Under the pieces are notes generated by a model. The model did not search any database. It was not told the DNA's origin and saw nothing but the letters and a program-made list of their open reading frames with translations. Of a DNA stretch of 64,000 bases, positions 18,982 through 27,506 are shown piece after piece (the stretch's first letter is position 1; each line of letters starts with the position of its first letter). A program made the position numbers and the translations under genes. The stretch lies in the NCBI GenBank assembly GCA_035540955.1, contig DATLFP010000058.1, positions 4,340-68,339 on the forward strand, written 5' to 3'. The DNA comes from Acidimicrobiales bacterium. Lineage in GTDB: Bacteria > Actinomycetota > Acidimicrobiia > Acidimicrobiales > CADCSY01.

Positions 18982-20145
18982 ATGGACTTCGACCTGCCGC
19001 CCGACGACGATCCCCGGCGCCTGGCGGTGCGGTCGTGGCTGGCCGCCAACCCGAGCCCCACCGGCCGGCAGCTGGCCGAGGCCGGCTACGTCGCCCCCCA
19101 CTGGCCGAAGCCCTGGGGCCTCGACGCCGACCCCATCCACCAGATCATCATCGACGACGAGCTCCGGCGGGCGGGCGTGCGCCGACCCGGCAACGTCATC
19201 GGGATCGGCTGGGGCGGGCCCACGATCATCCACGGCGGCACCCAGGAGCAGAAGGACCGCTACCTCATGCCGATGCTGGCCGGCGAGGAGATCTGGTGCC
19301 AGCTGTTCAGCGAGCCGGGCGCCGGGAGCGACCTGGCCAACATCTCGACCCGGGCCGTCCGCGACGGCGACGAGTACGTCGTGAACGGCCAGAAGGTGTG
19401 GACGTCGATGGGCCACATGGCCAAGTTCGGCATCCTCATCGTCCGCACCGATCCCGACGCCCCGAAGCACCAGGGGATCTCGTACTTCATCTGCCCGATG
19501 GACACCCCCGGCATCGAGGTCCGGCCCCTCATCGAGATGACCGGCGCCCACATCTTCAACGAGGTGTTCTTCACCGACGTCCGCATCCCGGCCGCCAACC
19601 TCGTCGGCGAGGAGAACCGGGGTTGGGAGCTGGCGAAGGTGACGCTCGGCAACGAGCGGGTGTCGCTGTCCACCGGCGGCGCGCTGTGGGGCAACGGCCC
19701 GTCCTACGACGACCTGCTGCGGGTGGTACGTGAGCGGGGCGGGTTACGCGACCGGTCGCTGCGCCAGCGGATGGCCCAGCTGTACATCGAGTCCGAGCTG
19801 CTGCGCCTGATCCGCCTGCGGACCGTCACCGCCGCGGTGAAGGGTCGCCCGCCGGGGCCCGAGGCGTCGATCCGCAAGCTCCTCGCCGACGAGCACGGTC
19901 AGAAGCTCATGGAGCTCGCCAAGGACCTCTGCGGGGCCGACGGGATGCTGACCGACCGCGGGCCTCTGCAGGGACCGGATCAGCACGGCTGGCACTACGG
20001 GTTCCTGTTCGCCCGGGCCCTCACGATCGGCGGCGGGACGACGCAGGTGCAGCGCAACATCGTGGCCGAGCGGGTCCTCGAGCTCCCGCACGACGTCGAC
20101 GTGGAGCAGGGCAAGTCGTGGCGCGAAGCCCGAGCGGCGTCATGA
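18982..20145 (+). CDS. acyl-CoA dehydrogenase
   Basis: WCQLFSEPGAGSDLANI, NGQKVWTSMG, GGTTQVQRNIVAERVLELP. Start taken at ATG 18982 (MDFDLPPDDD). The track start at 18964 is a TTG. Confidence 0.9.
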   Translation: MDFDLPPDDDPRRLAVRSWLAANPSPTGRQLAEAGYVAPHWPKPWGLDADPIHQIIIDDELRRAGVRRPGNVIGIGWGGPTIIHGGTQEQKDRYLMPMLAGEEIWCQLFSEPGAGSDLANISTRAVRDGDEYVVNGQKVWTSMGHMAKFGILIVRTDPDAPKHQGISYFICPMDTPGIEVRPLIEMTGAHIFNEVFFTDVRIPAANLVGEENRGWELAKVTLGNERVSLSTGGALWGNGPSYDDLLRVVRERGGLRDRSLRQRMAQLYIESELLRLIRLRTVTAAVKGRPPGPEASIRKLLADEHGQKLMELAKDLCGADGMLTDRGPLQGPDQHGWHYGFLFARALTIGGGTTQVQRNIVAERVLELPHDVDVEQGKSWREARAAS

Positions 20146-20534
20146 GTCGCTTCATCCCGATGCTGTTCGTCGACGACGTCGAGGCATCGTCGCGCTGGTA
20201 CCAGGACCTGCTCGGGGCGCGGAGCGCTCACGGCGGTCCGGAGTTCGAGATGCTGATGCTGGGCGACGAGCTGGTGCTGCAGCTGCATCACGCCGATGCC
20301 GAGGAGCACGGCTCCGAACGGCTACCGGAGGGGGCGCCGCGGGGCGCGGGTGTGCTGCTCTACCTGCAGACCGCGGATGTCGACGCCGTGCACGCACTGC
20401 ACGCGCGCGCGGTGGAGATGGGCGCGGCGGTCGAGAGCGAGCCGACGTACATCGAGCTCGCGCACCACACCGAGTTCGTCGTGCGCGATCCCGACGGCTA
20501 CGCCCTCGCCGTGCACTCGCCCTTCACACCCTGA
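20142..20534 (+). CDS. VOC / glyoxalase-bleomycin resistance family protein
   Basis: 130 aa. MSRFIPMLFVDDVEASSRWYQDLLG ... FVVRDPDGYALAV. The ATG overlaps the ACAD stop (ATGA). Confidence 0.85.
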   Translation: MSRFIPMLFVDDVEASSRWYQDLLGARSAHGGPEFEMLMLGDELVLQLHHADAEEHGSERLPEGAPRGAGVLLYLQTADVDAVHALHARAVEMGAAVESEPTYIELAHHTEFVVRDPDGYALAVHSPFTP

Positions 20535-20550
20535 TCGCGCCCACCGCTGC

Positions 20551-21600
20551 TCAGCCGAGGCCGGCGAACGGCGGGGGATAGACGGCGACGCCCCGAACCC
20601 ACGGCTCGTACGACGACAGCGTGAGGGCCTGGCCGGCCTCGGGCGGCGCCCAGTCGGGCAGGTGGATGGTGATGCCGAGCGTTCGGGCGTCGACGAACCC
20701 GAAGCGCGAGTAGTAGGTCGGACTGCCCTCGAGGATGACGAGCGGGTCGCCGGCCGCGGCGGCCCGGGAGAGCACCTCGTGCACGAGCGCCGAGCCGATC
20801 CCGTCTCGCTGCCGTGACGGCGTGACCGCGAGCGGCGACAGCATCCCGATCCGGTGGACGGTGTCGCCGTCGTGCAGCTCGCAGTGGTTCACCATCACGT
20901 GGCCCACGATCTCGCCGCCGTCCTCGGCGACGAGGGCCAGCTCCGGGCGGTAGCAGCGGTCGCCTCGGATGGCCTCGACGAGGTCGCGCTCGACGGCCGA
21001 GCCGAACGCGGCCTCGACAATCGCCGCGATGGCCGAGACGTCCTCGGGTCTCTCAGGACGGATGATCACGGCAGCACGTTTTCTGAGATCGCTGCCGGCT
21101 CCTTGGCTTCCGCGATCCGCATCGAGGGACTCCGTGCCGTCCCGGACGGTCAGTGCCGACGAGTGTTCGGCGGGCGGGGTTGGTCCCATGCCCGGTGGGA
21201 AGACAACCGCCATGATGACCGGCGGTGCCAGGAAGAACACGACGGGGTAGTACCAGTCGGCCGTCGCCGAGCCCACTGCGGTGGCACCGAGTGCCAGCGC
21301 GGCGAGACCGGCTACCGCGGCGACTTGGGTGAGGCGCGTCGGCTTCCGATGGCGTCTGGTTGCGATGTGCGCGCCGGCCCATGCGCCGAGGACCCAGCAG
21401 ACTGCGAGGCCGATGAGTGCTGTGTTGAGGTCGTCGATGCCGTCCGGATCGTTCCCAAGCCGGTATCGCGGAAGGCCGGCGGCGGCGCCCAGCGCCCAAC
21501 CAGCAACCACTCCCACCGTCGCGCCGATCAACGCTCCGAGCTCGGCGGCGAGCATGACGAGGAGCGCCGTGGTGCCCCGCCGCCGTCGACGGTTCGACAT
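20551..21600 (-). CDS. GNAT N-acetyltransferase with an N-terminal 4-TM extension (or an unresolved fusion of two genes)
   Basis: The C-terminal ~170 aa form a standard GNAT (IIRPERPEDVSAIAAIVEAAF...RQRDGIGSALV...YYSRFGF). The N-terminal ~175 aa contain four hydrophobic helices. No in-frame stop separates them. An internal GTG at 21069 could start a stand-alone GNAT. Confidence 0.65.
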   Translation of the reverse strand: MSNRRRRRGTTALLVMLAAELGALIGATVGVVAGWALGAAAGLPRYRLGNDPDGIDDLNTALIGLAVCWVLGAWAGAHIATRRHRKPTRLTQVAAVAGLAALALGATAVGSATADWYYPVVFFLAPPVIMAVVFPPGMGPTPPAEHSSALTVRDGTESLDADRGSQGAGSDLRKRAAVIIRPERPEDVSAIAAIVEAAFGSAVERDLVEAIRGDRCYRPELALVAEDGGEIVGHVMVNHCELHDGDTVHRIGMLSPLAVTPSRQRDGIGSALVHEVLSRAAAAGDPLVILEGSPTYYSRFGFVDARTLGITIHLPDWAPPEAGQALTLSSYEPWVRGVAVYPPPFAGLG

Positions 21601-21766
21601 CCCGTCCGTCCTATCCCTCATGGAAGGATCGAACCGCTCCGACTGCCGGTTCGCGCATCCGCTGTAGCGCAATGCCGGTGAATTCGGCTTCGGAGGCCGC
21701 GATCACCGGCATCGCTCTGCGCTCGTTCGCGAGATCGACCCGATGGCTTCGCCTCCGTACGGGGAC

Positions 21767-22729
21767 TCAGGCCCGCAGGGCGCTCATCCGGTCGATGGTC
21801 TCCTCGGCGAGCCGGACGAACTGGCGCACGAGCTCGCCCGCGGGGACCAGCTCGTGGATGGCGCCGACGCCCTGGCCGGCGGGCATGAACTCCCGCTTCA
21901 GGTCGACCTCGGTCTCGGGCGGGGCGCCGAGGTGGTTGGCGCCGTCCTGCATCGACTGGATGGCCTGCTGCGGGAAGGGCTTGAGAGCCGACGGGTCGTC
22001 CTCGAACTGCTGGGTGTAGTCGTTGCGCACCACCCGGCACGTCTTGCCGGTGAACGCCCGGGAGATCACGGTGCCGTCCTCGGGGATGGCGATCAGCGTC
22101 TCCTTGTAGCCCTTCACGCCCCACGCCTCGGGGGTGGCGATGAACCGCGTGCCGACCCAGATGCCGTCGGCGCCGAGCGCCAGCGCCGCCGCCAGGTGGC
22201 GGCCATCGGTGATGCCGCCGGCGGCGACCACCGGCACCTTGTCACCGACGGCGTCGACGCACCCGGGGACGAGGGGGAAGGTGGCGATCTGCCCGGTGTG
22301 GCCGCCGGCCTCGGTGCCCTGGGCCACGACGATGTCGCAGCCGGCGGCGACGGCCGACACCGCGTGCTTGACCTTCCCGCACATGCTGGCGACCAGCACG
22401 TTGTTGTCGTGGCAGAGCTCGACGACCTCGCGCGGCACGCCGAGGCCGGCCACGAAGACCCGGGCCCCCTCGTCGATCACGGCCTGGACCTGCCGCTCGA
22501 CCTGGCCGGGCACCGCGGTGAGGAGGTCGACGCCGAAGGGCTTGGCGGTCTGCGCCTTCACCTTGCGGATCTCCTCGACCATCGACTCGCCCATGGTGGA
22601 CGCGCCGAGGGTCCCGAACCCGCCGGCCTCGGAGACCGCCGCGCACAGGTCGGCGTAGGACACCCCGCCCATGCCGGCGAGCATCACGGGGTGCTCGACC
22701 TCGAGGATGTCGGTCAGTCGGGTTCGCAT
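21767..22729 (-). CDS. nitronate monooxygenase (NMO / 2-nitropropane dioxygenase, FabK-like) family
   Basis: 320 aa. N-terminal LEVEHPVMLAGMGGVSYADLCAAVSEAGGFG and QGTEAGGHTG motif. Confidence 0.9.
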   Translation of the reverse strand: MRTRLTDILEVEHPVMLAGMGGVSYADLCAAVSEAGGFGTLGASTMGESMVEEIRKVKAQTAKPFGVDLLTAVPGQVERQVQAVIDEGARVFVAGLGVPREVVELCHDNNVLVASMCGKVKHAVSAVAAGCDIVVAQGTEAGGHTGQIATFPLVPGCVDAVGDKVPVVAAGGITDGRHLAAALALGADGIWVGTRFIATPEAWGVKGYKETLIAIPEDGTVISRAFTGKTCRVVRNDYTQQFEDDPSALKPFPQQAIQSMQDGANHLGAPPETEVDLKREFMPAGQGVGAIHELVPAGELVRQFVRLAEETIDRMSALRA

Positions 22730-22745
22730 GCTGGGGCTCTGCTCT

Positions 22746-23174
22746 CTACTCGGTGATGCGGTAGGTCTGGACGGCCGACGCGACGACGCGGCCGTCGGCG
22801 TCGGTGGCTTCGATCTCGAGGAAGATCAGCTCGCGGGCGCGGCGCACGGTGCGGGCGGTGCACAGCAGGTCGGACTGGCGGGCGGCGCCGACGTAGTTGA
22901 CGGTCATGCTCACCGTCGACGCCTTCGAACCGCGGTCGAAGTCGTGGTTCGACCAGGCAGCCGCCGCGCCGGTCGTGTCGATCAGGGCGGCGACGACGCC
23001 GCCGTGGTACACGACGCCGTCGTTCGTGAGGTCCTCCCGGAACGGCAGCCGCATCCGCACGTGATCGGGCTCGTAGACCTCGAAGGTCATGCCCATCCGG
23101 CCGATGAAGGGCGTCTTCGGGAAGATCTCGGCGATGGCCGCCCGCTTGCGGACGTTCGGGTCGTCGTCGCTCAT
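22746..23174 (-). CDS. PaaI-family hotdog thioesterase
   Basis: 142 aa. GVVYHGGVVAALIDTTGAAA is typical of PaaI/4HBT class thioesterases. Confidence 0.85.
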   Translation of the reverse strand: MSDDDPNVRKRAAIAEIFPKTPFIGRMGMTFEVYEPDHVRMRLPFREDLTNDGVVYHGGVVAALIDTTGAAAAWSNHDFDRGSKASTVSMTVNYVGAARQSDLLCTARTVRRARELIFLEIEATDADGRVVASAVQTYRITE

Positions 23175-23419
23175 CGGCGGTTGACCGCCCCGAAGAGGAG
23201 GAGCAGGAGCGATGCGCCGACGAACGCGAGCAGGAGCGACCAGAGGCTGAACTCGTTGACGCCCGTCTCGCCGGCGGCGTTGGCGATGGCGCCCCCGATG
23301 AGCGCGCCCGCGACACCGAGGGCGATCCGGGTGAGGCAGCCACTGCTCTGCGCGCCCGTGGCCTTCTCGGCGAGGAGCCCGGCCAGGAAGCCGAGCACGA
23401 TCCAGGCGACGATGCTCAT
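23171..23419 (-). CDS. GlsB/YeaQ/YmgE-family small membrane stress protein
   Basis: 82 aa. MSIVAWIVLGFLAGLLAEK...GVAGALIGGAI matches the transglycosylase-associated protein family pattern. Its stop overlaps the thioesterase start by 4 nt. Confidence 0.85.
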   Translation of the reverse strand: MSIVAWIVLGFLAGLLAEKATGAQSSGCLTRIALGVAGALIGGAIANAAGETGVNEFSLWSLLLAFVGASLLLLLFGAVNRR

Positions 23420-23444
23420 GTAATCCGCTCTCGACGGTGCTGAC

Positions 23445-23507
23445 TCATGCTGTCCGCTCTCGGCCTTCGGCCGGGCCGCTCGGGCCCCGCTCGCTGCGCT
23501 CGCTCAT
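23445..23507 (-). repeat. intergenic repeat IGR-C copy 2 with mini-ORF (MSERSERGPSGPAEGRERTA)
   Basis: The minus-strand sequence ATGAGCGAGCGCAGCGAGCGGGGCCCGAGCGGCCCGGCCGAAGGCCGAGAGCGG... aligns with copy 1 apart from a 6-nt indel and a few substitutions. Its ATG overlaps the TGA of the reductase gene (ATGA). Confidence 0.7.
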
Positions 23508-24724
23508 GGTGTCTCGACCCTAGACACGAACGCGCCATCACCGGCAAGGGAGTGCTCACGCCACCTGCCCGGGGTGGCGAGCACGGCGCGCGGGTAGTCC
23601 TCGAACAACCAGCGGGCGAAGTTGCGGCGCGTCCATGCGTTGGCCCCGGCCAGTCGGACGGCGGCACGGGTGCCCTTGCGATGCCGCAGCGCCCGGATGA
23701 GCAGGCGGGACAGGGCGGCATCGGCCACCAGCTCCCGGCGGGCCGCCCGCGCGTAGGCGGGTCCGGCGCCGGTGGCGCCGCGGGCGAGGATCGCCTCGGC
23801 CGCCAAGCGACCGGTGAGCAGGGCCTGTCCGATGCCCTCGCCGGTCATGGGGTCGGTGGCGGCGGCGGCGTCGCCCACCACGAGCACCCGGCCGCCGCCG
23901 GCCGAGAGCGTGGCGGCCTCGATGCGGGCGGGGATGGGCCAGGCCTTGTGCGCCGCCTCGGGCCGGGCGTCGGGCCCCAGGAACACCTGCACGTGCTCCC
24001 GTTGCAGGAGGTCGGGCCACAGCGCGCCCATGGCCTGGGTCGCCACCTTGCCGCCCCGCTGGATGCCGAAGCCGACGTTGGCTCGGCCGCCGGGGAGCGG
24101 GAACGACCACGCGTAGCCGGGGAGCAGGTCGGCCTCGAACCACACGGCCAGGTGGCGCGCTCCCGGTCCGGTCACCCCCGTGAAGTACTGCCGGAAGGCG
24201 TGCCACTCACCCAGGTAGCCGGGCTCGATCGCGCCCACCGCCTTGCGCAGCGGCGACCACATCCCGTCGGCGGCGATGGCGTACCGGGCGGCGACGGGTC
24301 CGATGCCGGCGGCATGCACCACGACCCGCTCGGGGTCGACCTCGATCGCCTCGAAGCCGTGCCCGTCGGCCACCTTGGCGCCGGCGCTCCGCGCCAGGTC
24401 GACGAGGGCGGCGTCGAGCTCCATCCGGGGCACCACCGCGGCGTAGGTGCCCCGCTGGCGGGGGAGCGGGAACACGACCTCGCGACCCGACGGGCTGCGC
24501 ACGACGACGTCGTCCACCACCTGCCAGCCGGGGAGGTCGGGGACGAAGCCGAGCGCCTCGAGCTCGCGGAGGGCCAGGGTGGTGAGCCCGTCGCCGCAGC
24601 ACTTGTCGCGGGGGAAGACGGCCTTGTCCACGACGAGCACGTCGCGGCCGGCGCGCGCCAGCGGGACCGCCGCCGCCACCCCGGCCGGTCCGGCGCCCAC
24701 GACCACCACGTCGACCGCCTGCAC
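23504..24724 (-). CDS. geranylgeranyl reductase-family FAD oxidoreductase (MenJ-like)
   Basis: Start at GTG 24724 gives VQAVDVVVVGAGPAGVAAAVPLARAG (Rossmann GxGxxG), followed by KCCGDGL. 406 aa. The upstream third of the track ORF is Arg/Pro-rich read-through. Confidence 0.85.
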   Translation of the reverse strand: MQAVDVVVVGAGPAGVAAAVPLARAGRDVLVVDKAVFPRDKCCGDGLTTLALRELEALGFVPDLPGWQVVDDVVVRSPSGREVVFPLPRQRGTYAAVVPRMELDAALVDLARSAGAKVADGHGFEAIEVDPERVVVHAAGIGPVAARYAIAADGMWSPLRKAVGAIEPGYLGEWHAFRQYFTGVTGPGARHLAVWFEADLLPGYAWSFPLPGGRANVGFGIQRGGKVATQAMGALWPDLLQREHVQVFLGPDARPEAAHKAWPIPARIEAATLSAGGGRVLVVGDAAAATDPMTGEGIGQALLTGRLAAEAILARGATGAGPAYARAARRELVADAALSRLLIRALRHRKGTRAAVRLAGANAWTRRNFARWLFEDYPRAVLATPGRWREHSLAGDGAFVSRVETP

Positions 24725-24791
24725 GGCGCCCGAGGCTAGAGCCGCCGGCCGTGCCCGCCCTTCTCGGCGCGCGGCGCCGAGACCGAGCGGC

Positions 24792-26546
24792 TCAGGTGTC
24801 CTCGGGCGACGGGTCGGGGTCGGGTGAGGGCTCGGGTTCGGGTTCCGGCTCGGGCGCGGTCGTCGTCGTCGTCGTGGGTGGCGGGCCGTCGCACCGCACT
24901 CCCTCGGCGGGGCGGTACACGGCGTGCACCCGGTCGGTCTCGGTGCGCCCGTCGCGGTAGGTGCGGGTGCGGGTGGTCGTGACCCGCTTGCACCCGGCCT
25001 GACCGACGGGAGCCTCGGACTGCGCCGTCTGCTCGCCCTTGGCGTAGGTGGTCGAGTAGAGCGTGACGGTGATCGTGGTCCCCGTGTAGGTGGGCCAGAC
25101 GAGCACGCCGTGGGGCGTCGAGTTCCTGAGGACGAGGTCGGGCTTGGGGAACGACAGCGTCGCCTCGCGGCCATAGGGATACCGAGAGATGTAGATCGAG
25201 TGCGACTGGTACTCGACGAAGTCGAGACCACCGAAGAAGGCGGCGTTGAAGAGCGTCGTGGCGAACTGGGAGATCCCGCCTCCGATGCTCGTCTCGAACA
25301 CGCCGTTCTGGATGACGCCGCCCTCGACGAAGCCCCGCTCGGCGGTGCGCCGCCCCACGAACTCGTTCACCGAGAACTGCGCGCCCGGGCGGATCACCAC
25401 ACCGCGGACGATGTCGGCGATGCGATGGATGTTGGTGACCCGGCCCTGGCAGCAGTCGTGGCGGGTGGTGAAGCTCCCGATCTCCTCCACGATGCCGAGC
25501 GCTTCGAGCGCGGCGGTGGACTGGTCGGGCTCGAGCTCGGTGAGCGGGAGGGTGACGGGCCCCGCGTTGCCGGCCTTCACCGCACCGAGCAGGTAGCCGA
25601 CGGCCGTCTCGTCGCAGCACGTCCGGCCCGGCTCGCCGGGGATGATCCTCGGGCGACCGCCCTCGACGGTGAACCGCGCGTTCTGCGGGCTGGTGCCGAC
25701 ATCCCCGAGGAGGTCGCGCAGGTCGGCGAGCACGCGGTCGCCGTCGAGGCGGAGCTCGAGGCCCTCGGGCCCGGCGTCGGAACGCAGCCACGTTCGCACC
25801 GTCCCGGGCGGGATGCTGACGTCCTTGCCGCCGGCGGACACCGCGAGGGATGACGCCGTGAGCTCCTCGGCCGTGCGGGCGAGCGCTTCCGCGTCCTCGC
25901 GACTGAACCGGGGTTGGATCGTCGTGGGCGCCACCTCGACGACGATCGGGAGCCGGCCGTCGGCGCCGGCGGACTCGATGGCGTCGGCCACCTCGGCGGC
26001 GTCGAGCCCCTCGCCGGCCTCGCCCAGCACCACCGCGATCTCGCCCGAGTCGCCGACGATGCCCGGCTCCCGCGGCTCGCGCCGGGCGGTGGGATCCTCG
26101 GCGCCCACGAAGAACCGGACCTTGTCGCGGTCGACGTCGACGACGACCCCGGCCTCCCGGGCGCCGACGAGGGAGCGCAGCCAGCGGAGGGGCCGCATCG
26201 GGAGGGCGTCGCGCCGTCCGGCCGCCAGGGCCCGCTCGACGGTGCCCTCGACGTCGAGGGCGAGCCCCAGATCGGCGGCCGCCGCCTCGAGCTCGCCGTC
26301 GGGCGTGACGATCATCACCGTCGCCTCGGCGTAGCGCCCGGCGACCTCCTCCACGGCGGTGGTGAGGGCGTCGCCGCCGAGCCCGCCGACCCGATGTCCG
26401 GCCACCTCGACGTTGCGGAGGGCCTCACCATCGTGGGCGCGGGCGTCGAGGATCCACGCGGTGACGAGGAGGGCGAGGACCGCGAGGGGGATCCCGGCGA
26501 GGAGCAGTCGGCGTCTCAAGAGCGCCAAGTCTGCCGACTGGAGCAA
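24792..26546 (-). CDS. VanW-family protein with N-terminal TM anchor and Thr/Pro/Glu/Asp-rich tail
   Basis: The VanW core is present (FSVNEFVG...GGGISQFATTLFNAAFFGGL...SRYPYGREATL). The C-terminal tail is PPPTTTTTTAPEPEPEPEPSPDPDPSPEDT. TTG start; the exact start is uncertain. Confidence 0.85.
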   Translation of the reverse strand: MLQSADLALLRRRLLLAGIPLAVLALLVTAWILDARAHDGEALRNVEVAGHRVGGLGGDALTTAVEEVAGRYAEATVMIVTPDGELEAAAADLGLALDVEGTVERALAAGRRDALPMRPLRWLRSLVGAREAGVVVDVDRDKVRFFVGAEDPTARREPREPGIVGDSGEIAVVLGEAGEGLDAAEVADAIESAGADGRLPIVVEVAPTTIQPRFSREDAEALARTAEELTASSLAVSAGGKDVSIPPGTVRTWLRSDAGPEGLELRLDGDRVLADLRDLLGDVGTSPQNARFTVEGGRPRIIPGEPGRTCCDETAVGYLLGAVKAGNAGPVTLPLTELEPDQSTAALEALGIVEEIGSFTTRHDCCQGRVTNIHRIADIVRGVVIRPGAQFSVNEFVGRRTAERGFVEGGVIQNGVFETSIGGGISQFATTLFNAAFFGGLDFVEYQSHSIYISRYPYGREATLSFPKPDLVLRNSTPHGVLVWPTYTGTTITVTLYSTTYAKGEQTAQSEAPVGQAGCKRVTTTRTRTYRDGRTETDRVHAVYRPAEGVRCDGPPPTTTTTTAPEPEPEPEPSPDPDPSPEDT

Positions 26547-26554
26547 GATGTTCC

Positions 26555-27397
26555 ATGCCCATCAACCCGGATGCCGTCGGAGCCGAAGCCGGACCGGTGG
26601 AGCGGTCGTGGACCTCCAAGGACGCGCTGCTCTACGCGGTCGGGGTGGGCGCCGGCACCAGCGAGCTCCCGTTCACCACCGAGAACAGCAAGGGGATCAC
26701 CCAGCAGGTGCTGCCCACGTTCGCGGTGATCGCCGGCGCCGGCGCGCCCGCCATGGCCGCCGCCGGCGACATCGACTTCACCCAGCTGGTCCACGGCGAG
26801 CAGGCCTTCGAGCTGGCGGGCCCCATCCCCGTCGAGGGGACGGTGAGCACCACGTCCCGTATCACCGGCATCTACGACAAGGGCAAGGGAGCGGTGATCG
26901 CCACCGAGTCGACCTCGGTCGATGCCAAGACCGCTGAGCCCCGGTTCACGACCCGCTCCTCGGTGTACATCCGCGGCGCCGGCGGGTTCGGCGGCGACCG
27001 GGGCCCGTCGGGCGGCGGCAACGAGCCGCCCGACCGGACACCCGATGTCGAGATCAGCTACCAGACGCTGCCCGACCAGGCCCTCGTGTACCGGCTGTCC
27101 GGCGACCGCAACCCGCTGCACTCCGATCCCGAGTTCGCCAAGCTCGCCGGGTTCGACCGTCCGATCCTCCATGGCCTCTGCACCTACGGGTTCACCGGCC
27201 GCGCCCTCCTGCACGGGCTGTGCGACGGCGATCCGGCGCGGTTCCGGAGCATGGCCGGGCGGTTCTCATCGCCCGTCTTCCCGGGCGACGAGCTGACCGT
27301 CTCGATGTGGCGCGTGGGTGACGGCGAAGCCGTGTTCACCACCCGCACCCAGACCGGCCAGGTGGTCATCACCGACGGCAGGATGACCTACCGGTAG
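26555..27397 (+). CDS. MaoC-like (R)-specific enoyl-CoA hydratase, double hotdog (MFE-2 hydratase-2-like)
   Basis: 280 aa. YRLSGDRNPLHSDPEFAKLAGFDRPILHGLCTYG is the hydratase-2 motif. Confidence 0.9.
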   Translation: MPINPDAVGAEAGPVERSWTSKDALLYAVGVGAGTSELPFTTENSKGITQQVLPTFAVIAGAGAPAMAAAGDIDFTQLVHGEQAFELAGPIPVEGTVSTTSRITGIYDKGKGAVIATESTSVDAKTAEPRFTTRSSVYIRGAGGFGGDRGPSGGGNEPPDRTPDVEISYQTLPDQALVYRLSGDRNPLHSDPEFAKLAGFDRPILHGLCTYGFTGRALLHGLCDGDPARFRSMAGRFSSPVFPGDELTVSMWRVGDGEAVFTTRTQTGQVVITDGRMTYR

Positions 27398-27506
27398 AAG
27401 CGCAACGAGCCAAGGGCGCGCAGCCGCAGGGCCGGACGGCAGTCCGGCAGTCGGAGCGGCAAGCCGATCGCGAGCGCAACGAGCCGCGCGCGCAGAGCGG
27501 AGACGA
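27398..27506. repeat. intergenic repeat IGR-B copy 1 (between convergent MaoC and nucS genes)
   Basis: It fills the whole 109-nt gap. The block CGCAGGGCCGGACGGCAGTCCGGCAGTCGGAGCGGCAAGCCG...CGCAGAGCGGAGACGATCAG aligns with the reverse complement of 36950-37048 and partly with 61318-61423. It has an internal direct repeat GCGCAACGAGCC x2. Confidence 0.7.

Noticed and set aside
21611-21690. tRNA-like T-loop sequence on the minus strand (GGTTCGATCC, complement of GGAAGGATCGAACC at about 21621-21634). This could be a tRNA gene or a tRNA-derived att-site remnant next to the compositionally atypical GNAT extension.
   Set aside because: I could not fold a cloverleaf. The putative T-stem pairs only 3 of 5 positions, and there is no acceptor stem, anticodon arm or CCA context. 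A single 10-mer match is expected by chance at roughly 0.1 per window. tRNAscan-SE or ARAGORN would settle it.
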